This document shows, in pieces, positions 37,965 to 48,800 of a stretch of DNA of 64,000 nucleotides; position 1 is the stretch's first letter, and every line of letters begins with the position of its first letter. This DNA comes from Macrostomum hystrix (lineage: Eukaryota; Animalia; Platyhelminthes), in NCBI GenBank assembly GCA_950097015.1, contig CATNEN010000002.1, positions 2,108,001-2,172,000 on the forward strand, given 5' to 3'. Made by a program: the position numbers and the translations under genes. The notes below the pieces were generated by a model that saw only the letters and a program-made list of their open reading frames with translations, searched no databases and had not been told where the DNA came from.

Positions 37965-38478
37965 GGTCCAAGAGGGTGTGAAATCCAGGTGGTGGGTTAA
38001 CTTTAGGGCTGGTCTCGAAGAGTGTGAAATTGGGGTGGTGGCTTAACTAGGGCTGGTCAAGGGGGTGTAAAATTGAGGTGGTGGGTCAACTAGGGCTGGT
38101 CAAGGGGGGTGTGAAATTGAGGTGGTGGCTTAACTACGGCTGGTCAAGGAGGGTGTGAAATTGGGGTGGTGGCTTAACTAGGGCTGGTCCAGGAGGGTAT
38201 GAAATTGGGGTGGTGGCTTAACTAGGGCTGGTCCAGGAGGGTATGAAATTGGGGTGGTGGCTTAACTAGGGCTGGTCCAGGAGGGTGTGAAAGTGAGGTG
38301 GTGGCTTAACTAGGGCTGCTCAAGGGGGTGTGAGATTGAGGTGCTGGGTTAACTAGGGCTGGTCAAGGGGGTGTGAAATTGAGGTGGTGGGTTAACTAGG
38401 GCTGGTCAAGGAGGGTGTGAAATTGGGGTGGTGGGTTAACTAGTGCTGGTCAAGGAGGGTGTGAAATTGAGGTGGTGT
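37965..38478 (+). repeat. ~41-44-bp G-rich minisatellite (GGGTGTGAAATTGGGGTGGTGGCTTAACTAGGGCTGGTCAAGGA)
   Basis: About 12 units read directly. Confidence 0.9.
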
Positions 38479-39129
38479 GTCGGATTTAATGTGCAGATTG
38501 GGTATATTAACACCCGCATGTCGGTTTCAAGTAAATTATATCTAAAGCTGGATATGAATACGCTTGTCATACATCTTTCATTAAGTTTAGTTCTGCAAAG
38601 GACAAATAAATGACTAGAAAATAAACTCAATAAAAATAACGATAAGACCGACAAAAACAAGCTCAATACTCAACACAGTTGAGTAAAAACGCAACTGATA
38701 CACGCAAAAAACTTTTTCTAGCAGAAGCACAGCTACTCAATAGGTAGGTAACTAAAATACACAAGATATCTCGCATTTGATCATCAACTTAAATAAAAAA
38801 CCTGGGTAGAAAAATAGACATGGTAGAAAAAATCTGCGCAATGCTATCATAACAAAAATCGCAGCAGTGTCTTGTGTGTAGATGCGAGTAAATGTGATCT
38901 AGTGGCTTACAGAATCCGTTTTAGTTGCACTTTTCGAGGCAAGGCAAAGAGTTATTTAATTATCAAAAAGCATCCACTTAAGAGTCGAAGACGATTCCTG
39001 CCAAAATCAGTTGCAATAAATAAGTAAAAACGTCAATATAATCACAAAATAAGAGGTACACAATGCCACTAACCACGAACATTGCATGCGTGCCTATAAT
39101 AACCTATACTGACTATTATTATATTAAAG

Positions 39130-39650
39130 TACCACCCCAATTTCACAACCTTTTAGACTCGCTCCATTAACCCAACACCCCATCTTCATACCCCTGTGGA
39201 CTCACTCCATGAACCCACCACCCCAACTTCACACCCCTTTAGACTCGCTCCATGAACCCACCACCCCAACTTCACACCCCTTTAGACTCGCTCCATGAAC
39301 CCACCACCCCAACTTCACACCCCTTTAGACTCGCTCCATGAACCCACCACCCCAACTTCACACCCCTTTAGACTCGCTCCATGAACCCACCACCCCAACT
39401 TCACACCCATTTAGACTCGCTCCATTAAACCCACCACCCCAACTTCACACCCCTTTAGACTCGCTCCATGAACCCACCACCCCAACTTCACACCCATTTA
39501 GACTCGCTCCATTAAACCCACCACCCCAACTTCACACCCCTGTGGACTCACTCTATTAACCCACCACCCCAACTTCACACCCCTGTGGACTCGCCTCACA
39601 AACCCACCACCTCGATTTCACACCCACTGGACTCGCCTCATAAACCCGAC
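39130..39650 (-). repeat. ~44-bp minisatellite CCACCACCCCAACTTCACACCCCTTTAGACTCGCTCCATGAAC, related to the 38-kb array but in the opposite orientation
   Basis: The reverse complement of its core, GGGTGTGAAGTTGGGGTGGTGG, is 21/22 identical to the 38-kb core. Confidence 0.9.
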
Positions 39651-39862
39651 ACCTCAATTACGTACTTAAAATTTATACCTTTCTAGACCAGACTAATGAA
39701 CCTACGACTTAAACCCTAATGAATCAGTCACATAAAACCACCTTCCCAAATTTGAGCATGACTAGACCTGTCTCCTTTTCCGGAACTAGCCAATTTTAAA
39801 TCCAACCTTGACTAGAAACATGTCAGCTGCCCAGAAAATATTTATTACGGCGTACACAACTG

Positions 39863-42430
39863 TCAGGTGAACATGGCGCGCTTGCTTTGAAAGCTTTCCC
39901 TGCTTCGCTGTTTCTCTTCCTCCTCCGCCAGCCGCTGCAGCCGTTGGTCGCGCAGCTTGGCCTGAAGTTTCCCATCAGCCGAATGGATAGCAATCTTGGA
40001 CTCGAAGAAATTTTTGGCCTCCATAACTCCGACCTCTTCGACGTTGATTTCAGACACTTCAACGTAGCAATCGTACCAGGCCAGGAGCTCGCCTGAGTAG
40101 TCAAGCTGGCCAGCGCGGGCTTTGCGAAAGATGATGAGAAACTCGCGGAAGTTAATGCGGCTGTCTTGGTCCTCGTCCACCTGACATTTTAATGATACGT
40201 TGCGTTAATTAAACAGCACTATTATCCCCAGTTCCGTTACATTTTTTAACCATTCGATCCACCACCCCAACTTTACACCACTGTGGACTCGCCCCATCAA
40301 CCGCCTCGATTTCACACCTATGAGTTCTTTAAGTTCTTTAATTAGTCCTTATTCCGTTACTTCTTCCGACCCCTGTTCCGTTACTTCTTCCGACCCCTGT
40401 TCCGTTACTTCTCCCTATACAATTACTTCTCCAAAGCCCTGTTCGTTGCTTCTACCAACCCTACTTCCGTTACTTTCACAAATCTCCAGATTTTTACGTC
40501 TTCACTTGCTCGATAGTTTAATGCTCTGCTTTTTCATTTTTTCCTTTCAAGTCTTGATAACTCTACCAGCCTCCGGTTCGTTACTTAAAAAAACGCTGTT
40601 CCGTTACTTCTGAGCTCCTGTGTCTGGTTCTATTACCTCTTTAATCATAGCCTTCAATCCCAGATGAGTCTGTGGCGCTCCCAGCTTCTCCATCATCAGC
40701 TTGAGATCGTTGAAGCCGATAAAATTGTCGCCGTCGGCATCGTACATCACGAAGGCCTCCTTCAGCCGGTTGATGTCCCGCCGGGAGAATTCCGGAAATT
40801 CCAAACACGGATTGAAATTTTTTCTACTACTCGGAAGCTTCTCAAGCGGATGCTCAGCAGACGGAGGCAGTGCTCGAGGCTGCTGCTGCTGTTGCGGCAA
40901 CTGTTGCAGCTGGGATGGCGAAGAGGCAGCCAGCGAAGGTCTCGGCGGTGGTGTCGGCGTCGACTGGGCGGCAATCAAACTGAAGGAGGTCTCCGAGACG
41001 TCGCTGTCGGCGGACTCGGACTTCTCCAGCCTGTTGGCAAGTTTAGCAGCCAGCTGCGGGCAGACGCATGGGCTGCAGCGGGCCAACAGGAGACGCTGAC
41101 GCTGCCTCCGCTCGCTGAGCATGTCGTCGATGGGGCACGCTGAATGGTGATGATCGCAGGTTACGACACTGTCGCCCCCGGTGCAAGCGACTTCGTCGGG
41201 CACCGCGTCGGATAGCTGCAGACGTCGGGCGAGTTTCTCGGCGAGATCCTGGTCCAGCTGCTGGCTGGTATTCTGGATGAGGATGCCACTGGCTGCTGAA
41301 CTGTGTCGCCGAGCATCTGTCGGCGGCGGCTTCGGCGTCTGCAGCGGCGCCGACTGCTCCTGGGTCTCTTCGAAGGTCGTCTGGGAATAATAAGGTTTCG
41401 GTATCAGTAGATGCTAATTTGTTACTAAAAATGGTTACTAAGGACTCTCTTACCAATTAGAAAACAGGTTGCTATGAACTTTATTACTAATGGGATGACT
41501 GGTTGCTATAGCCTCTGTAACTCATGGGATAGCTGGTTGCTATGGCCACTGTTACTAATATAAGAACTGGTTGCTAAGTACTCTGTTACTAATGAGATAA
41601 CTGGTTGCTATGGCCTCGGATCTTTAGTCGATAAAACAATAAATTGTCAAAAACAGGAAAAGAACCCAGATGAACTTTAAAGTGTTCTCTAATAGAAGCA
41701 TTCAATTGACAGCAGAACCCTTATTAATTACAACAATTATGCGAAAATACGAAATAAACAACATGTTATATATTATTAAATTACACATAGACAACACAGA
41801 ACTTATATAAAATACCAAACGCACTGATTTAGAACAATCATAAAACATTTAATATTAAATAACACTAGCAAGTTAAGAGGAGATAAATATGTAAAAAAAC
41901 TGCAGCGAGACAAACAACGAAATGCATTCTTCGCGCTAACTCGATTTAAAAAATTAAATTCGCACGCACAGTTATTACTAGCAGTACAGTGAGCAAAATG
42001 GAGCATAAATTTAAATTAAATACCAAGAGTAGATAAAAATGAATACAACACAACAAAGCCATTCTTGAATTTTTATTTAGAATAGCGAAATGCCGGCTGA
42101 GTATGAACAAAAGCTTTGAAAAAAGTTACTTCAATGCAAAAATGCTAGCAGATTATTATAACCGAGCAATAATACACAAACGAGTAAATATTCAGGTGCA
42201 ACAAAGTGGCACTTTGGCATGCGACTGCAATTCTGTGCTTTTAACAATTATACATAAAGGCTAGTTAGAAATAAAACTATTTAGCAGTTAAAACTGGATA
42301 AGTGAGAATAAAATTAGAAAAGTAGTATGATGAGCATTTTGTACAAAAATATCATAGATGTCAAAAATGCGCAATCTTGTTTGATACTAGTACAGAAATT
42401 CATCTGTTCGAAGTTTGGAAAACTTACCAT
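39863..42430 (-). CDS. EFHD2: Swiprosin-1 / EF-hand domain-containing protein D; exons 41380-40637 and 40180-39863 are firm, and an ATG-only first coding exon at 42430-42428 is inferred (354 aa in total)
   Basis: FNPCLEFPEFSRRDI...YDADGDNFIGFNDLKLMMEKLGAPQTHLGLKAMIKE|VDEDQDSRINFREFLIIFRKA...INVEEVGVMEAKNFFESK aligns with EFHD1/2. Two N-terminal LAxKLAxRL motifs match recalled ELATKLSRRL and ELSAKLLRR. The junction GAG|GTAATA...cag|GTG is phase 0. Confidence 0.9.
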
Positions 42431-42869
42431 AGAAAATTGTAGAGACAGAGTACACAAGCTGTTACAAAATATTTGGATTAATTGAATTTTTGAGCAAAAA
42501 TTCCCCAGTTAAAGTATCCTTAATATGCCGTTTTCGATACATATCGGCAGCAAAGTATGAAAGTTAATTCTACAAACTAGAGCGACAAAAATTATTAAAG
42601 CGTTCAGAAAATGTACATTGCTCAATTATAAAGTGTCGTTTAACATTAAAAATTTCCGAACGTGTTGCGAATATAAGCGAGAAACCCTTTTTTACTTTTA
42701 ATTGACCATCACTAGTAACTTCTATACATAGCTAAATGTCATTTTCGATACATATCGGCAGTCACAAAAACTCGATTGGTGAAATGACCGCATTGTTTGG
42801 AGATAAAATCTGTGAATAAACAGAATTAGCTATTTCTGCAAACATGAAATGCCAACACTTTCAAATAGC

Positions 42870-45800
42870 CTAATGAAAGCCATTACAATGCACACTACTG
42901 ACATCGCTGGCAGCAGTAGTATGATTAGCAGTTGCCTTGGGAGTAGCCAAGGCGCGAACAATTTGAACGCCGAGCGCTCTAGCCAACGGAGGCGGCACAG
43001 CGTTGCCAATCTGGCGGTGCCTGGCAACAAGATCGCCAGCGAATCTATAAGCATCCGGGAAGCCCTGGGATCTGGCGCACTCTCTCACAGAAACAACCCG
43101 ATGCTGACTGGGATGCACAACCCGGCCCTGCTTGCCCATGGGCTCCGGGTTGGTCACGGTGGTGGAGAAGAAGCCTTCTACGTCCAGACGGCCGTACAGT
43201 CCGGCCCAGTGATTGTGGCGATCGCCAGTATGGGGCAGGCACCAGGGAATCAGGGTGTTGAGCTGCTTAGCCTGGCTGTCGCATTTGGCTCTGGACTTGG
43301 AGTTGCCGGACTGGGGCAGGGCGCATGGGCAGACGCCGCGGTCGCCGTGAGTGTAGCGAAGACGACGCGCGAGCGAACCGTCGCTGAGAGTCAACTGGGG
43401 ATGCGAACAGGTGCGAGTTTTAATGAGGATTTTTACTAACGATACAAACTGGACTAAGATTCGAACCCGGGCGCGAGCGGTCTCGCATCAAGGTCCGTGA
43501 GCTCGATTCCCAGGCGAGGCCACATTTATTTGTTTTGGAGGCTCGGGTGCTTGTCTTGCCATTTATGCAATCGAGGGCCAACCTCCAGGCACAATGAGAG
43601 TGCAATACACTGCCTGACGATGAGTAAGTCAGGGCACGTGTACACTCCCTGAGTGCGTGTGTGCTCAAATCCCATTTAAGTGCTCTCCTAAGATCTCCAA
43701 TCTCGCGCCGCCTCACCTCAACATTCGGCAGATCTCTCCAGTCGGCGCCCGGACAGGCGGGAATGAGCGCTAGCCGGGCCTCCACCAGAGGAGTGAGTTG
43801 TTTAGTCACGTGATCCGTGAGTCGCCGACTCGAATCTCGGCCGCCGCGCATGAGCAGCTGATAATGAGTTCTGGGCGGACAGCCGTAGGGTACAGGCTGG
43901 TCCAGCTTCGCCCCACCACCACTTTCAATAGCCGGCAGGTCGCTCAACGCGTCGCCAACTGTGATTGGCCGCAGCGGGCCACTGAAGCAGCCGCTGGCTG
44001 GCGAGGTCGGTGGTTCGAATCGGCGCTCGCCGACTAGCAAAGCCAGGCCGGCGCAGGCCTTCGGCGAGAAGGCGTGAACGGCTCTGGGGAAGTCGGCGAA
44101 ATTTTTGCCAGGCGCCGCTGCCAGGATGATGAGGCGACGGCGGGTTTGGGGCACGCCAAACTGGCCGGCCTGCAGGATGGCGGCACCTGCGGAGGTTGGG
44201 GTGGGTGGGGAGATAGATTTGTAGATTAGTAGGTCGGTAAATTGAAGACTAGTTATTAACGTAGATGAAATTGTAAGCACATAGATCGGTAGATCGGTAG
44301 CTGTAATGGTAGATAGAGTATTAAGCAACCTATTAGGTACATTGGTAGGTTTCAAGGTGGAAACTCGAGAATGTAGGACTCAGCCAACTCGACACTGAGC
44401 ACACAGATCAGCTGTCAGTTCGATGTGAAGGAGTCCCATACAATGTCCAGCTGCAGCCAATAGTCCAGTTTCGATTGTTAACCAGCAAGTCGCACAGTAC
44501 AAATAAACTGACCGACTGTGCAATTCGAGCTGGACAATGCGGAACAGACTGAGAATGGCTGAGCAGCTGCTCAAACTCAGCAATGCAACACACAGAATAC
44601 AATAGTAAGCCCACACACTTAGAGTGACGTCAAGGAATATTCGATTGTAAATGGAGAATGTAGGACTCAGCCAACTCGACACTGAGCACACAGATCAGCT
44701 GTCAGTTCGATGTGAAGGAGTCCCTTACAATGTCCAGCTGGCATTACTGTTCGTAAGTCTCATTTTGAATGCCGCGCTAAATACAAAGCCATAAAATAGG
44801 TATCTGGCTTTGAATGGCGGACATGATTGTGAAACAGACGAGTTGCTAATTAGCAGCTGAGCTATGTGCACCTGTATCTAACACTCTGGGTGGGTTTATA
44901 GGAAGGCATTTGGAATAGCAACATGACGCTCTGACAGTTGTACACAGCTGATCAAACTCCCTTTGGTGAGAAAGAGATGCCAGAAAATGAGTGGCATTGA
45001 AAATCCCATTGTGGATATTCGTCCAGTTCGGCAATATTAAAACAAATTCTGAAAGGATTAGCAGTGGAAAGACCTCTCCCTAGGTAAAAAAGGCCAACTC
45101 AAAGATAGCTCCCAAACCGACTGATCGATATCGGTGAAATTCTAGGCCAACAATCGTAAGGGGACATCACAATTATGCTCATTTTGGTGGTTTTTACCAC
45201 CAGAATCGTTGAATATCTCGACGATGTCGATGTTTGTGATTCAGGAAGTTGTTTCATCGGATAGAGCAGAAAACTTTAGCCTTCATGGCGGTTACTTGGT
45301 TGGGTGAACTAAAGTAATGCAGAGTTAATTGTCTTGCAAAGGGACAAAAATTGTTCTAGAGGAGTGGAAATCGAACTTACGACCATTTCGACGAAGTCGA
45401 CGCTGCTCAAACAATCGGCAACAACCCCAGTTTAAAGTATGTAGAACTCAGCCAACTCGACACTGAGCACACAGATCAGCTGTCAGTTCGATGTGAAGGA
45501 GTCCCATACAATGTCCAGCTGCAGCCAATAGTCCAGTTTCGATTGTTAACCAGCAAGTCGCACAGTACAAATAAACTGACCGACTGTGCAATTCGAGCTG
45601 GACAATGCGGAACAGACTGAGAATGGCTGAGCAGCTGCTCAAACTCAGCAATGCAACACACAGATTACAATAGTAAGCCCACACACTTAGAGTGACGTCA
45701 AGGAATATTCGATTGTAAATGGAGAATGTAGAACTCAGCCAACTCGACACTGAGCACACAGATCAGCTGTCAGTTCGATGTGAAAGAGTCCCTTACAATG

Positions 45801-48800
45801 TCCAGCTGGCATTACTGTTCGTAAGTCTCATTTTGAATTCCGCGCTAAATACAAAGCCATAAAATAGGTATCTGGCTTTGAATTGCGGACATGATTGTGA
45901 AACAGACGAGTTGTTAATTAGCAGCTGAGTTTTGGACACCAATGGTGACTTTGGATCAATTGTGATAGATAACAGAATATTGCTGGCATTGAAAATCCCT
46001 TTTTAGAAATATATTGTCCGGTTCTTTAATATTGAAAATAGAAAGGATTAAGCTCAATCATATCCGGGTAGCGATTTCTTCAAATCTGCAAACTTAGCGG
46101 CAAGGAAAGAATTGTACATCTTTGAAACTTTTATTTAAACAGCTCAACCTCACGTGTATGTTCCGACTTCAGATTCCACTTTAAATAGTTATAAGTCTTC
46201 AGACAGACACATAAAGTTCGATAAAATAATTACACCTGTCCTATTGCGCGGCGAATTTGAAGACTGCAAACGCCTGTTCAGTCTGTGGACAAGGGGACGC
46301 CACACTCACACTCAATAACTCAATTGTGAACTGAAGCTATGCTGAGTTAAATGAATTTCTAGGGGGAAACATATTGCTTCATTGAAGTGGGAATCGAACC
46401 CCCGACCTTGCTTTGAGTAAACACTCTAAAAATGGGCAAAATCCTCTTCAGAATTCAGAGTGTCTTTCTAAAGGACAAGAACGGATATAATAGAGTAGGT
46501 ACTGGTGGTCTTTGCCAATAAACACGGTAGAATTTTATCAAGTCAAGTTTTTAACATTAAATAGTAACTAATGTAGGACTCAGCCAACTCGACACTGAGC
46601 ACACAGATCAGCTGTCAGTTCGATGTGAAGGAGTCCCTTACAATGTCCAGCTGCAGCCAATAGTCCTATTCCCACTGAGGAATGCGGAACAGATTGGGAC
46701 TGGCTGAGCATATGCTCACACTGATAAATGTGACTCTAGCTCAATGACAACATGGAGAAAATGCTCACCTAGCTGATAGCCCATGGCCAGCAAACAGCGC
46801 ATTGTGAGCTGCAGAATGCAGGATTTGTTATAGGCTGCAAAATTTCTAACATTCTCCAGTAGGAAATAATCCGGCCGATAATAATCCGCGTAGCTCAGAA
46901 ACGATGCCACAAGCGAATTCTTTAGCTTGCTGGCCTCCCTGGCGTTGAATCGATTCATGCCGCTGTAGCCCTGACAGGGCGGGCCGCCACACAGCAGCTG
47001 CACTTGGCCCCGCTGCGGTATGGGCAGCTGGCGGCTGTCGGGCGTCACCGACACGCCGTCCATTGCAAGGCGAAGCAGCCGATTGCAGTCGTCAGTGAGC
47101 ACGGCGCAGTCAGGATGATTCAAAGCGAATGCTTTAGCAGCGTCCGGGTCGCGCTCGATTGCCCATCGGGTGATCGCGGCGCCAGCCTGATGAAGACCTT
47201 CGGAGAGGCCGCCGCAGCCGGAGAATACGTCTAGGCAGTGCAGCGGCTTCACCTGTGCCAGCGATGTGGTAAAACATTTTTAGGTTTCTAAGAAAGCACA
47301 TTTTCCAAAAAAACTGGAATATTTTTTAGAAAGCAAGAGTTGTTCTTAGAAAAAAGAATTTTTTCTTAGAAATCAAGACCTTTCTAGGAAAAAAGATTTA
47401 AAAAATATATACAAGATATACAGCAAGAGCTGTTCTAAGAAAGCAAGACTTTTTCTAAGAAGGCAAGCCATCTTCGAAGAAGAAAGCTTTTTCTACGAAA
47501 TTAATAATTTTTGTGAGAAGGCTGGGCTTTTTCTAGCTAAGAAAGCAAGACACTGAGCAAGTCAGTTTCCAATAAAGGAAGTTTCTTTACAAGAGAGCAC
47601 GACCTTTTTTAAAAAAAAACCTAGACTTTTCTAAGAAAGCAAGATAATTTCTGAAAATTGGCTTTTATTTTTAAAAGAGGAGAAAAAATGAGACAACTTT
47701 TAAGAACAACTTTTTTCTTAGAAAATGTTACGATTTCTCAGAAAGTGGGATGAGTTCTTAGAAAGCAAGACGAACGGACGATACTTATCAGTTAAAAAAT
47801 GCAAATTGGACCGCTATTTTTACCTGAGCAAGTCTAGCAGCTTCGGCCCGCATTGCAGGCAAATCAACAGATTCTTGTTCAACGCAGACCCGATGAAATC
47901 TGCCATCGGCCGAGTCAAACTGGCTTTCGTAATAGAATCGATCTGGCCCGGATAGAAAAAACTGCTCAGGCGAGTTATAGAGGCCGTCCAATTCATCGGC
48001 GTGAACTACAGAGCAGAGACCGCGCACACGCTCTTTGACCACAACTGAGCATTCTTCTTCGCTGCAGTAGAGCAGGTGCAGCGGCTGCTCAACGGCAGAT
48101 TCAACGGCGGCATCCTCTGGCCGGTAGAACATTCGCAAACTGATGCGCACAGGAAATGACTGACCGCGTTTCACTATTTCAACTATGCGACCGATCTGCC
48201 ATGTGGTTCAGGATTGCGGATTGGAAAAATATAGATCCCATCGTTATCCTCATATGTGCCCTTTAAAAGCTCAATTCTCAAACCTAAGCTGTTATCCCAC
48301 AGCCTGTCAGCTGTTATCCTAATCTGTGCCTTCAAAAGCTCAATTCAGTCTGTCAGCTGACATCCTACAGTCTGTCAGCTGTTATCCTACAGTCTGTCTG
48401 TCAGCTGCTATCCTACAGTCTGTCAGCTGTTATCCTACAGTCTGTCAGCTGTTATCCTACAGTCTGTCAGCTGTTATCCTACAGTCTGTCAGCTGTTATC
48501 CTACAGTCTGTCTGTCAGCTGCTATCCTACAGTCTGTCAGCTGTTATCCTACAGTCTGTCAGCTGTTATCCTACAGCCTGTCTGTCAGCTGCTATCCTAC
48601 AGTCTGTCAGCTGTTATCCTACAGCCTGTCTGTCAGCTGCTATCCTACAGTCTGTCAGCTGTTATCCTACAGCCTGTCTGTCAGCTGCTATCCTACACTC
48701 TGTCAGCTGTTATCCTACAGTCTGTCAGCTGTTATCCTACAGTCTGTCAGCTGTTATCCTACAGTCTGTCTGTCAGCTGCTATCCTACAGTCTGTCAGCT

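Larger units (their letters stand above)
44369..46720. repeat. Dispersed family in DNMT1 intron 6: five copies of an ~85-bp hairpin core (starting near 44371, 44658, 45439, 45726, 46571), partly arising from duplication of an ~0.6-0.7 kb block (44369 to 45438)
   Basis: The core TGTAG(G/A)ACTCAGCCAACTCGACACTGAGCACACAGATCAGCTGTCAGTTCGATGTGAAGGAGTCCC(A/T)TACAATGTCCAGCTG is read five times, with near-identical duplicated ORF-track peptides at 44380 and 45448. Confidence 0.92.

Noticed and set aside
43608-43630. Hammerhead ribozyme core (CTGACGA; also CTGATGA at ~37949 and ~60973)
   Set aside because: There is no stem II followed by GAAA and no closing stems; at 43.6 kb the motif is part of a CCTGAC/GTCAGG hairpin.
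46716-47252. Bacterial restriction-modification C5 methyltransferase or horizontal transfer
   Set aside because: It is one exon of a spliced gene with RFTS and two BAH domains, that is, animal DNMT1.
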